Shown: positions 25,010-34,484, counted from the stretch's first letter. The stretch is 64,000 nucleotides of DNA from Bacteroidota bacterium (GCA_040756745.1 JBFLYO010000007.1:47621-111620), one strand, 5' to 3'. Numbers and translations: made by a program. The notes: generated from the letters alone by a model not told the origin.

Positions 25010-25652
25010 AGAAATCGTTCCGTTCCAGCGTGTGGATGCGCACCACGCCGGCGCGGACGAGGGACACCAGGATGCGGGATGCTCGTTGCTCGGAAATGTT
25101 CACCAGCGCGCTGAACTCTTTCGCCGTGATCCGTTCGTGTTGTTCCAGGTAGCGGAACAGACGCCGCTCGTTCTCCCCGATCTCGATATTCATCGGCGGC
25201 GCGTCAGGCCGCTCGTCGTGCAGGATCTTCACCACCTCCCTGCTGGCCATCATCGTCTTGTCGTTGACGCGGATGAAGACCTTGGTCTCATCTTCACCCT
25301 GTGTAAGCCCGTTGCTGGCTCCGGTGAAGTAGTGAGGCTTGTCACGGCTCTCTTCCACATAGGCAACGATAACGTCCTTCCCGTCAAACGCCACGATATC
25401 GATTTCCGGGTGGATTTCCGGGAGACAGAAATCCGCGGCGGCCTGACGAATGAGGTCCACCTCGCTCTTCTCGCTCTCCACCCCCACGATCGAACCGTCG
25501 TCATCCACCCCGAAGAGAATGTGTCCCCCTTTGGTATTGGCAAAAGCGATCAACGCGCGGGCGATCTTCTCGGGCGTTGACACCTTCCGTTTGAACTCGA
25601 TCTCAAATCCCTCCCCCTGTTCGATCAGGCGGTTCACATCTCTAAAATCCAT
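24981..25652 (-). CDS. AlbA_2 (Schlafen-like divergent AAA) domain protein with C-terminal winged HTH
   Basis: ..EGFEIEFKRKV..IARALIAFANTKGGHILFGVDDDGSIVGV.. is typical of the PF04326-type N-domain. The C-terminus is HTH-like. Confidence 0.6.
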   Translation of the reverse strand: MDFRDVNRLIEQGEGFEIEFKRKVSTPEKIARALIAFANTKGGHILFGVDDDGSIVGVESEKSEVDLIRQAAADFCLPEIHPEIDIVAFDGKDVIVAYVEESRDKPHYFTGASNGLTQGEDETKVFIRVNDKTMMASREVVKILHDERPDAPPMNIEIGENERRLFRYLEQHERITAKEFSALVNISEQRASRILVSLVRAGVVRIHTLERNDFFTLAYDVAL

Positions 25653-26451
25653 TGAGTTCCTCCTCGTCTACCCCCAGGGAATCCACGGGTTCGGCCTCTG
25701 TTGAATCCACCGGCGCACGCTCGCCCGCGGTTGAGTCTACTGTGTGCGGTACCATGTTCCGGGCTGCCATCCGTGCGAGCACGATCGCCTTGCGCCGCAG
25801 GACGTAGCGGCTGTCCTCGTCCGCCCGATGGCGCAGCGGGCTCGGGATCACGGCGGCAAGCCGGGTCGCTTCTTCGAGCGTCAGCGCGTCCGCGCTCTTG
25901 CCAAAATAGGCCTGCGACGCCGCTTCAATGCCGAACACGCCGCGCCCCCATTCAATCACGTTCACGTAGAGTTCAAGGATCCGCGCCTTGCTCAGCGAGC
26001 GCTCGAGGAGCAGCGTGATCGCGAGTTCTTTCACCTTTCGCAGCGGGTCCTTGGATGTCGAGAGATACAGGTTCTTCGCAAGCTGCTGCGTAATCGTGCT
26101 TGCACCTCTCGCTGTACGCCGCTCCCGGATGTTTTTCTCAATCGATTCCTGCACCTCGAACCAGTCGACACCGCCATGCGAGAAAAACGTGCCGTCCTCC
26201 GCCACCACGATGGCATCGATCACCGGGCGCGGGATGCGTGCCAGAGGAATCCACCGGTGGATGATCCGCAGGGGTTTCCCCGCATCGGCCGCTTCGCGCA
26301 GTCGTTGACGCATGAGCGCGGTCTCGCCGGGATTCACCGTCCGAAGCTGAGCAATACCTGCATACGGGATGGTCGCCGCCTCGACCGCGATGAACACGCC
26401 GATCAGCAGCAGCACAGTCTTGTACGGATGTGTCCGCGCCCACCGGAACAA
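25642..26451 (-). CDS. mtgA: monofunctional peptidoglycan glycosyltransferase
   Basis: EDGTFFSHGGVD, GASTITQQLAKN, RKVKEL are the GT51 motifs. TTG start. Confidence 0.85.
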   Translation of the reverse strand: MFRWARTHPYKTVLLLIGVFIAVEAATIPYAGIAQLRTVNPGETALMRQRLREAADAGKPLRIIHRWIPLARIPRPVIDAIVVAEDGTFFSHGGVDWFEVQESIEKNIRERRTARGASTITQQLAKNLYLSTSKDPLRKVKELAITLLLERSLSKARILELYVNVIEWGRGVFGIEAASQAYFGKSADALTLEEATRLAAVIPSPLRHRADEDSRYVLRRKAIVLARMAARNMVPHTVDSTAGERAPVDSTEAEPVDSLGVDEEELNGF

Positions 26452-26539
26452 CCGTTCGGGCAGGGTTTGCCGTGGGGCCGGGGGGGAAGGGGGGTCGAGA
26501 GAGGAATTCCCGACCGCGTGTTCCTCTCCCGTTTCGATT

Positions 26540-26971
26540 TCAGCGATGCGTCGTGCTCTCCAGATATTCCTGCAGCAGAAGGCGGGCGGCCATTTCGTCT
26601 ACGCGCCCTTTCTCCCGCCGCAATTTCTTTTTCATCCCACCGTCGATGAACGCGCGCTGAGCACCGACGGTGGTGAAGCTCTCGTCCCAGGTCTCCACGG
26701 GGACAGGTACGACCGTGCGCAACACGGTCACGAAACGCGTCACTGCCTCTCCTTTGGCGCCCAAACCGCCGTCCGGGGCGTACGGCATGCCGACGACGAT
26801 CAGCACAACCCCCTCGTTCCGGACGACCTCCGCGATGCGCTCGGGCAGATCGGTTGAGTTCTCCAGCGTCCCCGCTCCCCGTGCGATCACACGCAGGGGA
26901 TCACTCACAGCCAGGCCAACCCGGCGGTCGCCGTAGTCGATCCCCATCACCCTCCCGGGAGCGTCCATCAT
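26540..26971 (-). CDS. ruvX: Holliday-junction-resolvase-like nuclease YqgF/RuvX
   Basis: ..MGIDYGDRRVGLAVSD.. and ..GMPYAPDGG.. motifs. Confidence 0.85.
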   Translation of the reverse strand: MMDAPGRVMGIDYGDRRVGLAVSDPLRVIARGAGTLENSTDLPERIAEVVRNEGVVLIVVGMPYAPDGGLGAKGEAVTRFVTVLRTVVPVPVETWDESFTTVGAQRAFIDGGMKKKLRREKGRVDEMAARLLLQEYLESTTHR

Positions 26972-26974
26972 GCC

Positions 26975-29161
26975 CTATTCCTCGAACCGCTCGGCGCGCC
27001 GAACCCCCTTCACCTTGCGGAGACGGTCCAGGACCCGCTCCAGATGATCGGTGTTTTTGACGTAGAGGATGAACGTTCCGTCGAAGAACGAGTCGTGCGA
27101 ATCGATGTTGACGCTCCGGATGTTGGTGTCCATGGTGGTGGAGATCGCGTGCGTCACGTCGTTGAGCAAACCCGGCCGGTCGTCGCCGGAGGTGCGTACA
27201 CCCGCCACGAACATCGTCGAATCGCCTGTCGGCCACTGCACCTGCACGATGCGGTCGCTCTGCATCTGGAGCATCAGACGGATATTCTTGCATGACCGGC
27301 GGTGGATCTTCACCCCCTCGCCGGTCGTTACAAATCCGACCACCTCGTCCCCCGGGATCGGGTGGCAGCACTTGGCGTAGCTGTGCATGAAGTTGTCCTG
27401 GCTCCCGTTCAGGACGATCCCCGAGGCGATGCCGCGCGCCGAGGTGATGAACCGGTTGAAGAGCCCGTCGATCTTTCCCTCTTCTGTCACAACCGCCGAA
27501 GGGTGCTTCTGTTCCTCCACGATCATGGCAATGATCTCGTCGGGGTCCACTTTCCCCTGCCGGATGCCAAGGAAGAATGACCCGACGTTCTCCAGCTTCT
27601 TTTCGTGCAGGAATCGTTCGAGATCGTCATCGTTGATGGCGAGCCGGGCCCTCTTGACCCGCTTCTCCCAGAGGTCCTTCCCCTCCTCGATGGCTTTGCG
27701 CTGCTCTTCCTTGACCCAGCGGCGAATATGAGATTTCGCCTTGTGGGTAATCGCGAATTTCTCCCAGTCGGGGTTGGGAGTCTGGTTCTTGGAGGTGAGG
27801 ATCTCGACCTGGTCGCCGCTCTGGAGGGGGGTGTCCAGGGGGACGATCCTGCCGTTCACCTTTGCGGCAAGGCAATGATCGCCGACCTTGGAGTGGATCT
27901 CGTAAGCGAAATCGACGGGGGTGGACCCTTTCGGGAGGATCTTCAGCTCGCCCTTTGGAGTGAAGACGTAGATCTCGTCCTGATACAGGTTGAGCTTGAA
28001 GCTCTCCATCAGCTGCTGCGCGGGGATCTGCCCCTCCGACGCGTTCTCGAAGATCTCGCGCACCCAGTTCACCCAGTTGTGCAGCTCCTCGTCGATCGCC
28101 GCCGTGCTTTCCTTGTACATCCAGTGGGCCGCGACCCCCTTCTCCGCCACCTCGTGCATTGCGCGTGTCCGAATCTGCACCTCCACCATTTTCCCCTCGG
28201 GCCCCACGACCGTCGTGTGGATCGACTGGTACCCGTTCTTCTTCGGCACCGAGATGTAGTTTTTGAAGCGTTCCGGGTTTGGGATATAGATGTCGGAGAC
28301 AAGCCCGTACACGCGGAAGCAGTCGTTGTTGTCCTGCGTGTCCAGAATGATCCTCACCGCAAACAGATCGTAGATCTCATCCAGCGGCTTGTTCCTCTTG
28401 ATCATCTTGTTATAGATGCTGTAGAGGTGCTTGGGGCGGCCGGAGACCTCGAACCTGAACCCTTCCTCCTTCAAGCGCTTCTCGAGGGGCGTGGCAAACT
28501 TCTTGATGTAATGCTCTCGTTCGCGCCGGCGCGACTTCAGATCGCGCGCCACGGCGTCGTACGATTCACGGTACATGTACTTGAACGCCAGGTCCTCCAG
28601 CTCCCACTTGATGTTCGCGAGTCCGAACCGGTGAGCGAAGGGGGCATAGATGTCGAGGGTTTCGCGCGCCATGCGCTTCTGTTTGTCCGGCGGGAGATAC
28701 TCCAGCGTGCGCATGTTGTGGAGGCGGTCGGCAAACTTCACGAGCATCACACGGATGTCGTTCACCATGGACAGGAGCATCTTGCGGTAGCTCTCCGCCT
28801 GGGTGACGTCGTGGCTCTTGAAGATGTCGGAGATCTTTGTGGCGCCGTCCACGATTTCGGCGATGGTGTCGCCGAACTCCTCCCGGATGTCCTTGATGGT
28901 GTATTCGGTGTCCTCGGCGACGTCGTGCATCAGCGCGGCGGCAACGGACACATCGTCCAGCGGGATCTCTTTGGCGACGATCCGGGCGACCTCATAGGGA
29001 TGGTCGAAGAACGGTTCGCCCGAGGCCCGAAGGTCGTGCCGATGTGCATTGAATCCGAATTCGAACGCGCGCCGGATCAGGCTCTCGTCCATCTTCGGAA
29101 GGTTCTTCTGGCAAACGGCCAGGAGGTCTTCCAGCTTCTTCTTGTACTTAAGATTTGTCAT
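26975..29161 (-). CDS. bifunctional (p)ppGpp synthetase/hydrolase (RelA/SpoT homologue)
   Basis: HD domain (AALMHDVAEDT), RelA_SpoT synthetase core (..YQSIHTTV..), then TGS and ACT regions. Confidence 0.9.
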   Translation of the reverse strand: MTNLKYKKKLEDLLAVCQKNLPKMDESLIRRAFEFGFNAHRHDLRASGEPFFDHPYEVARIVAKEIPLDDVSVAAALMHDVAEDTEYTIKDIREEFGDTIAEIVDGATKISDIFKSHDVTQAESYRKMLLSMVNDIRVMLVKFADRLHNMRTLEYLPPDKQKRMARETLDIYAPFAHRFGLANIKWELEDLAFKYMYRESYDAVARDLKSRRREREHYIKKFATPLEKRLKEEGFRFEVSGRPKHLYSIYNKMIKRNKPLDEIYDLFAVRIILDTQDNNDCFRVYGLVSDIYIPNPERFKNYISVPKKNGYQSIHTTVVGPEGKMVEVQIRTRAMHEVAEKGVAAHWMYKESTAAIDEELHNWVNWVREIFENASEGQIPAQQLMESFKLNLYQDEIYVFTPKGELKILPKGSTPVDFAYEIHSKVGDHCLAAKVNGRIVPLDTPLQSGDQVEILTSKNQTPNPDWEKFAITHKAKSHIRRWVKEEQRKAIEEGKDLWEKRVKRARLAINDDDLERFLHEKKLENVGSFFLGIRQGKVDPDEIIAMIVEEQKHPSAVVTEEGKIDGLFNRFITSARGIASGIVLNGSQDNFMHSYAKCCHPIPGDEVVGFVTTGEGVKIHRRSCKNIRLMLQMQSDRIVQVQWPTGDSTMFVAGVRTSGDDRPGLLNDVTHAISTTMDTNIRSVNIDSHDSFFDGTFILYVKNTDHLERVLDRLRKVKGVRRAERFEE

Positions 29162-29251
29162 CGTCGGAGGGGATTGTCCCCCTCTTCTTCAAACGGCGCG
29201 GCTCTCCTACATGTTCCGTGCCGTACAGACGTGAGTCCCCCAACCTAAAAA

Positions 29252-29280
29252 AATATATCCTGTTACTGCCGGAATGTCAA
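29252..29280 (-). promoter_or_regulatory. sigma-70-type promoter candidate upstream of the RelA/SpoT gene
   Basis: Minus strand reads TTGACA-N17-TATATT, about 90 nt upstream of the ATG at 29161. Confidence 0.45.
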
Positions 29281-29302
29281 GGAATCTGTCAGGGGAGCGG
29301 CG

Positions 29303-29929
29303 TTATTCCGTGCCAAAAATGCGGTCGCCGGCGTCGCCGAGACCCGGAAGGATATACCCCCGGGCATTGAGGCGGCGATCCAGAACGCACGAGAAGATGC
29401 GGACATCGGGGTGGTCGCTACTCACCCGCCGGACCCCCTCAGGGGCGGCGAGGAGAGTGACGAATCGGATCCGCCGCGCCCCCTTGCGCTTCAGGAATTC
29501 GATCGCTGCACTGCCGCTCCCTCCTGTGGCAAGCATGGGGTCGAGGAGGAGCACGAGACTGCGGGAGAGCGAGCGGGGAAACTTGGAGTAATAGTCGACG
29601 GGCTCAAGTGTCTGCTCGTTCCGGTAAAGGCCGACATGACCGACGCGCGCTTCGGGAAGAAGATCAAGGAACCCTTCGACCAGACCGAGCCCTGCGCGGA
29701 GCACGGGAACGATGACGATGTCGTCAGCCAGCGCAAATCCCGTCGTCACTTCCAGCGGCGTGCGTACCCGGCCGCGCTCGATGCGGAGATCGTGCGTAAC
29801 GGCAAACGCCATCACCGAGGCAATCCGCCGCAGGGTGGTGCGGAAGAGGTGGTTATCCGTCTTCCGGCTGCGCAGGATCGTGAGGTCCCGCTTGATCAGG
29901 GGATGGTCGATGATGGTCAGGTTTTTCAT
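29303..29929 (-). CDS. upp: uracil phosphoribosyltransferase
   Basis: ..VLLLDPMLATGGSGSAAI.. is the PRPP motif, and the C-terminus is ..GYILPGLGDAGDRIFGT. Confidence 0.9.
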   Translation of the reverse strand: MKNLTIIDHPLIKRDLTILRSRKTDNHLFRTTLRRIASVMAFAVTHDLRIERGRVRTPLEVTTGFALADDIVIVPVLRAGLGLVEGFLDLLPEARVGHVGLYRNEQTLEPVDYYSKFPRSLSRSLVLLLDPMLATGGSGSAAIEFLKRKGARRIRFVTLLAAPEGVRRVSSDHPDVRIFSCVLDRRLNARGYILPGLGDAGDRIFGTE

Positions 29930-29933
29930 CGGC

Positions 29934-31286
29934 TCAGAGTCTTTTCCTCAATGCGTTCGCTGCGACAAGCAGGGGATCCCACAGTGGGGTGTATGGAGGT
30001 GAGTAGGCCAGGTCCCACTGCTGCATGTCGTCGAGCGTGATGCGCTGTTGGATCGCGACCGCAAGCGTATTCGCGCGGAGCACCGCACCCTCCGGCCCAA
30101 TAACGTTCGCACCCAGAATGCGCCGCGACTTCCTGTCAGCGATTGCCGTTACGGAAATTCTGGCGGCTCCCGGCATAGCGGCGACCCGCGACCAGGCGGT
30201 GATCGTTTCCGTCACGGGGTCGAGCCCTGCTCCGCGCGCTTCCTCTGTGCTTATACCAACGTTCGCCACCTCAAGCCCGAACACTTTCACGGCTATCGCC
30301 CGGATCGCGCCGCGGAATTCCGCCCTCCCTCCTGCCGCGTTTTCGCCGGCGGTCCACCCCGCCTTGCTGGCAACCGTTGCAAGAGGGATGTACATCGGCT
30401 TGCCCGTGACGACATTCTTCACCTCGCAACAGTCTCCCGCGGCGTACACGTTGTCGGCTGATGTCAGCTGCCTCTGGTCGGTGGCAATTGCGCCGGACAT
30501 GCCGAGGCGGAGTCCGGCCCCGGCGGCCAGCTCAGCAGTCGGCTCGATGCCGATGGCCACGATAACGCACTCGGCCGGAAACGATCCCTGATCTGTCACC
30601 ACGTGAGTCACGCGCGCATCGTTGCCGGCGATGAACCCTTCAGTTCGTGCCTGGCCGATGAACGTCACCCCGTTTCGTTCAAGCTCCTCACGAACCTTTT
30701 CGCGCGACTGCCGCTCGAGGCCCTTCATGGGAAGGCTGGCATTGTGCAGGAGCGTCACCTCCAGCCCCCGCCCCCTCAGCGTATCGGCCATCTCCATCCC
30801 GATGTAGCCCCCCCCGATGACGACGGCCTCCCGCGGTTTCTCCTCGTCAAGGAACTTCTTCAGCGCCAACCCCTCATCCAGGGCACGCATCCGGAAGACG
30901 TTTCTGCGGTCCTCCCCTTCCAGTCCGAGCTTCCGGGGTCGGGCGCCGGTCGCAATAATCAGCCGGTCGAACGGTTCCTCGGATGTCTGGCCGTTCCGGA
31001 GATCGCGCACCGCGATCGTCCTCCGTTGGAGCCGGATGTCTTCCACCCGGTGCAGGATGCGCGCGTCGACCCGCTTTTGTGATCGCAGTGTCTCCGGTGT
31101 GTACGAGACCAGACCTTCGGGCCTCAGTTCTCCTGCAACGTAGTACGGAAGCTCGCAGATGCCGTAGGAGACCGCGTCACCCTGCTCAAAGAGGACGACC
31201 TCCGCGCCCGGATTCACCCTCGCCGCCTTGCTCGCCGCGCTCGGGCCGGCCGCCACGCCGCCGATCACCAGGATGCGACGCCGCAT
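29934..31286 (-). CDS. FAD-dependent pyridine nucleotide-disulfide oxidoreductase (CoA-disulfide reductase/NADH oxidase type)
   Basis: VIGGVAAGPSAASKA dinucleotide fold, single redox Cys in SYGICELPYY, and a second GGGYIG NAD fold. Confidence 0.75.
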   Translation of the reverse strand: MRRRILVIGGVAAGPSAASKAARVNPGAEVVLFEQGDAVSYGICELPYYVAGELRPEGLVSYTPETLRSQKRVDARILHRVEDIRLQRRTIAVRDLRNGQTSEEPFDRLIIATGARPRKLGLEGEDRRNVFRMRALDEGLALKKFLDEEKPREAVVIGGGYIGMEMADTLRGRGLEVTLLHNASLPMKGLERQSREKVREELERNGVTFIGQARTEGFIAGNDARVTHVVTDQGSFPAECVIVAIGIEPTAELAAGAGLRLGMSGAIATDQRQLTSADNVYAAGDCCEVKNVVTGKPMYIPLATVASKAGWTAGENAAGGRAEFRGAIRAIAVKVFGLEVANVGISTEEARGAGLDPVTETITAWSRVAAMPGAARISVTAIADRKSRRILGANVIGPEGAVLRANTLAVAIQQRITLDDMQQWDLAYSPPYTPLWDPLLVAANALRKRL

Positions 31287-31288
31287 GA

Positions 31289-32596
31289 CTATTTCTGTTT
31301 GAACGAGAGAACGACGGGAACGCCCGCAAAGGTGAAATGCGAACGGATGGAGTTCTCGAGATACCGGCGGTAATTGTCGTCGATCATCGTCGGCTCATTG
31401 CAGAAGAACGCGAACACGGGGGGACGGGTATTCACCTGCGCGATGTACTTGATCTTGATCTCCTTTCCAGATCTGCTCCGGGGAGGAAACGCCTTGATGT
31501 CCGAGCCCAACACGTCGTTCAGCTCGTTGGTCGGGATCCTCTTATTCTGTTCAGCATCGGCTGCCTTCGCCATGTCGAGCACTCTCCCGATGCGCTGTCG
31601 GGTGAGGGCTGAGACAAAGACGAGAGGAACAAAATCATACATGCGGAGCCGGTCCTTCAGGGCGCGTTCAAAGACGCCCGCGGTCCTGTCGTCCTTCTCA
31701 ATGAGATCCCATTTGTTGACTGCAATAACGGTGGCACGTTTCCGCTCGAGGGCCGTTTCGACGATGCGGAGGTCCTGATGTTCGGGCCCCTGGGTTGCGT
31801 CGAGGATGACGACCGCGACGTCGCACCGTTCGATGCTTTTGAGCGTTCGGACGGCGCTGAAGAACTCGATGCTCTCCCTGATCTTCGCCTTGCGCCGCAG
31901 TCCCGCCGTGTCGATCAGCAGCAGCTCCTCTCCCTGGTAGCGGAGGACGGCGTCGACGGGATCGCGGGTAGTGCCAGGGATCGGCGTGACAATGTGCCTT
32001 TCCTCGCGGAGCAGGGCGTTCACCAGGGAGGACTTGCCGACGTTGGGTTTCCCAATGATGGCGATCTTCAGCCGGGGATCCGGCCGTTCTCCCCCGGGAG
32101 GCGGCATGTCGCGGACGACCAGGTCGAGGAGATCGCCGATCCGCCTTCCGACCAGCGCCGACACAGGGATCGGTTCCCCCAAACCGAGCGTGTAGAACTC
32201 AGCGACGGCTCCTTCCGTCGAATCGCCGTCCACTTTATTGACGATCAGAAGGACCTTTTTCTTTGCCTTCCGCAGGATTGCCGCAAGTTCCGCGTCCGCC
32301 GGGACGCGGCCTGCCTTTCCATCGACGACGAACAGAATCAGGTCAGCCTCTTCAATGGCGATCTGCGCCTGCTCGCGCACCGCGGCCTCGATCACATCTT
32401 CCGACGCCGGGACGAAGCCGCCGGTATCGACGATGGTGAATTCACGCCCCGCCCAGTCGGCCGCCGCATAGTTCCGGTCCCGCGTCACCCCCGGAAGATC
32501 GTGTACGATGGCATCGCGGTGTCCGAGAATCCTGTTGAACAACGTAGATTTGCCGACGTTGGGACGCCCGACAATCGCGACGAGCCGATGGGACAT
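31289..32596 (-). CDS. der: ribosome-associated GTPase Der/EngA
   Basis: Start moved to MSHRLVAIVGRPNVGKSTLFN. A second G domain carries GKPNVGKSSLVN, followed by a KH-like C-terminus. Confidence 0.9.
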   Translation of the reverse strand: MSHRLVAIVGRPNVGKSTLFNRILGHRDAIVHDLPGVTRDRNYAAADWAGREFTIVDTGGFVPASEDVIEAAVREQAQIAIEEADLILFVVDGKAGRVPADAELAAILRKAKKKVLLIVNKVDGDSTEGAVAEFYTLGLGEPIPVSALVGRRIGDLLDLVVRDMPPPGGERPDPRLKIAIIGKPNVGKSSLVNALLREERHIVTPIPGTTRDPVDAVLRYQGEELLLIDTAGLRRKAKIRESIEFFSAVRTLKSIERCDVAVVILDATQGPEHQDLRIVETALERKRATVIAVNKWDLIEKDDRTAGVFERALKDRLRMYDFVPLVFVSALTRQRIGRVLDMAKAADAEQNKRIPTNELNDVLGSDIKAFPPRSRSGKEIKIKYIAQVNTRPPVFAFFCNEPTMIDDNYRRYLENSIRSHFTFAGVPVVLSFKQK

Positions 32597-32706
32597 GAGA
32601 ACGGGAACTGTGGAACGGACGAAGCTGTGCAAAAGTACGACAATCGGGGGCGAGGTGCAAGGAGAAGGACGAAGCGCGCTCGAAGCAGGACGCCCGGGCG
32701 GAGAGG

Positions 32707-33135
32707 TCAGGCCTTCTTCTTTCTGACGAGAGCGTGAACGCTGGCCAGAGCTTCGCTGAGCTTTTCGAAGCCGGATGACTTGGAGATATAAGCCGTTGCT
32801 CCTGCTGCACGGGCGAATGCAATATCTTCCTGCCGGTTCGAGGAGCTGACCACGACAACCGGGATGTCACGGAGGGCGATGTCGTTCTTGATCAGCTTCA
32901 GTATCTGTTTGCCGTCCACCCGCGGAATGTTGAGGTCAAGCAGCACGAGCCCCGGGCGGGGCGCCTTCGAGGCGTCGGCAAACTTGTTCCGCCGGTACAG
33001 ATAGTCGATCGCTTCCTGGCCGTCGCGGACGATATGAATCTCCCCCGGAACTCTGTTCTTCTTCAGCAGGTAGGTGGTGAGCCTCAGATGCTCGTGATTA
33101 TCCTCAACGAGCAATATGTCGAAGGGGGTCTGCAT
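32707..33135 (-). CDS. stand-alone response-regulator receiver protein
   Basis: ..ILLVEDN.., ..LVLLDLNIPRVDG.., ..VVVVSSS.., ..AYISKS.. are the CheY-like motifs. No output domain. Confidence 0.8.
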   Translation of the reverse strand: MQTPFDILLVEDNHEHLRLTTYLLKKNRVPGEIHIVRDGQEAIDYLYRRNKFADASKAPRPGLVLLDLNIPRVDGKQILKLIKNDIALRDIPVVVVSSSNRQEDIAFARAAGATAYISKSSGFEKLSEALASVHALVRKKKA

Positions 33136-33221
33136 AGCGATGAGCAGTGAAAAAGCTCACGAAAGGATACAAAAATTTTTGGACGTAGTCTCTGACGCAC
33201 GTCACATTTCCCAGGGTAGAA

Positions 33222-33238
33222 CTGTGAGTTTGTCACAG
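33222..33238. promoter_or_regulatory. perfect inverted repeat CTGTGA-N5-TCACAG in a divergent promoter region
   Basis: Located between the divergent genes at 33135 and 33359. Arms are CRP/FNR-like, but the spacer is 5 nt rather than 6. Confidence 0.25.
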
Positions 33239-33358
33239 TGGCAGAGAACGGTCATTTTACCCGGCCTGTCTCTGGCCCGGTTATGATCTGCTCAATTCAT
33301 TGCCAATTCCCAGGAAAATCCGTACCTAATTCTTCCAATTGGAAAACCAGGTGCAGTC

Positions 33359-33979
33359 ATGCGTGTGTCCATCCATCCCAAAAACCCCGAACCCCGTCTT
33401 ATCCGAAAGGCCGCCGATATCCTCCGCGGGGGAGGGGTCATCGTCTATCCGACCGACACGGTGTACGGGCTGGGGTGCAGCACCGACAACAAGGCTGCCA
33501 TCGAGAAGATTCACCTGATCAAGCGGCAGCGGTCCGACAAGCCGTTCAGCTTTGTCTGCTCAGACTTGACCCATATCAGCGAGTTCGCTCATGTCTCGAA
33601 TATGGCCTTCAGGACGATGAAGCACCTCATCCCTGGCCCATACACCTTCATCCTCCCCGCCGCAAAGATGAAGCATCTGCCGAAGATCCTGATTTCGAAG
33701 CGGAAAACGGTGGGGATCCGCGTTCCCGACAGTCCCATCACGCAAGCGATCGTCAAAGAGCTTGGCCATCCGATCCTGAGCACCAGCGTAACAACAGAGG
33801 AGGGTGAGCTGCTCAATGATCCTCAACAGATCGCCGACCGGTTCAACAGTCAGGTAGACATGATCATTGATGGCGGGACGCTGCATTCCCCGCCTTCGAC
33901 GGTGGTCGACCTCACAGGGGACGAGCCGGAGGTCGTCCGCCACGGCGCGGGCGATGCGGGATTGGTGCGCGGTAGGTAA
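33359..33979 (+). CDS. tsaC: L-threonylcarbamoyladenylate synthase (YrdC/TsaC type)
   Basis: ..VIVYPTDTVYGLGC.. , ..KPFSFVCSDL.. , ..GIRVPDSPI.. , ..STS.. are the YrdC-domain motifs. Confidence 0.8.
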   Translation: MRVSIHPKNPEPRLIRKAADILRGGGVIVYPTDTVYGLGCSTDNKAAIEKIHLIKRQRSDKPFSFVCSDLTHISEFAHVSNMAFRTMKHLIPGPYTFILPAAKMKHLPKILISKRKTVGIRVPDSPITQAIVKELGHPILSTSVTTEEGELLNDPQQIADRFNSQVDMIIDGGTLHSPPSTVVDLTGDEPEVVRHGAGDAGLVRGR

Positions 33980-34002
33980 AGAAACGGCATGCCACGCGCG
34001 CC

Positions 34003-34024
34003 CCGCCGGTGACATGACCGGCGG
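34003..34024. terminator. hairpin between convergent genes (possible bidirectional terminator, no U-tract)
   Basis: CCGCCGGT-GACATG-ACCGGCGG, an 8-bp stem. Confidence 0.35.
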
Positions 34025-34046
34025 AGCGACGCACAGGCACCTTGAC

Positions 34047-34283
34047 TCACTTCGGGCGCTTGAACAGGAAGTAGTGATCGCCTCCGTATGAGACCACTGC
34101 GGCGAGCTCCCACCCCTCGGCACCGAAATCATTGATCTCTTTCAGCTGCATGTTTGCGCCGTCGCGGTATTCCCATACGACGCGCGGAGGCGCCTTCTGG
34201 ATTTCAGCGAATGTGGTCAGAGCAACGATGATGACCAGTACAGCGGCTGCAACGACAAGTGTAACCGGAGCTTTGAGTTTCAT
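34047..34283 (-). CDS. 78-aa membrane-anchored small protein (DUF4177-like GWEL motif, tentative)
   Basis: Start moved to MKLKAPVTLVVAAAVLVIIVAL (GAGGAG upstream). C-terminus reads ..FGAEGWELAAVVSYGGDHYFLFKRPK. Confidence 0.5.
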   Translation of the reverse strand: MKLKAPVTLVVAAAVLVIIVALTTFAEIQKAPPRVVWEYRDGANMQLKEINDFGAEGWELAAVVSYGGDHYFLFKRPK

Positions 34284-34356
34284 GAGTGGGGATCTCCTCA
34301 CTGGGTCCTGGATTGAACCGAATATACGCGAATCTGAGCGACGGTGCAACTGAAAT

Positions 34357-34384
34357 GCGGATTGCGGAATGCGGATTGCGGAAT
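34357..34384. repeat. four perfect alternating heptads GCGGATT GCGGAAT GCGGATT GCGGAAT
   Basis: Read directly from the sequence. It matches the flanks of the R1/R2 hairpin repeat without the hairpin. Confidence 0.8.
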
Positions 34385-34409
34385 ACGCTCAAGCCAATCT
34401 GCAACGTTG

Positions 34410-34484
34410 TCGGGGCGCCGGGATTTGAACCCGGGACCTCTTGGTCCCGAACCAAGCGCGCTAGCCGGACTGCGCCACACCCCG
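34410..34484 (-). tRNA. tRNA-Pro (anticodon CGG)
   Basis: Minus strand CGGGGTGTGGCGCAGTCCGGCTAGCGCGCTTGGTTCGGGACCAAGAGGTCCCGGGTTCAAATCCCGGCGCCCCGA folds as a cloverleaf (7/4/5/5-bp stems, loop TTCGGGA, T-loop GGTTCAAATCC). CCA is not encoded. Confidence 0.9.

Noticed and set aside
26463-26494. G-run cluster (GGG..GGGG..GGGGGGG..GGGGGG) as a G-quadruplex element between ruvX and mtgA
   Set aside because: Such runs are not unusual at this GC content. I see no conservation or positional argument, and it lies on the non-coding strand of a 90-nt spacer.
27605-29248. 547-aa plus-strand ORF
   Set aside because: It is antisense to the RelA/SpoT gene and has no motifs.
34357-34384. Possible CRISPR array (also considered for 38338-38365, 13812-13912 and 34598-34684)
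   Set aside because: The units are 7 nt and directly tandem with no spacers, there are no 25-40-nt repeats, and no cas genes lie in the window. These are simple heptad tracts, not CRISPR.
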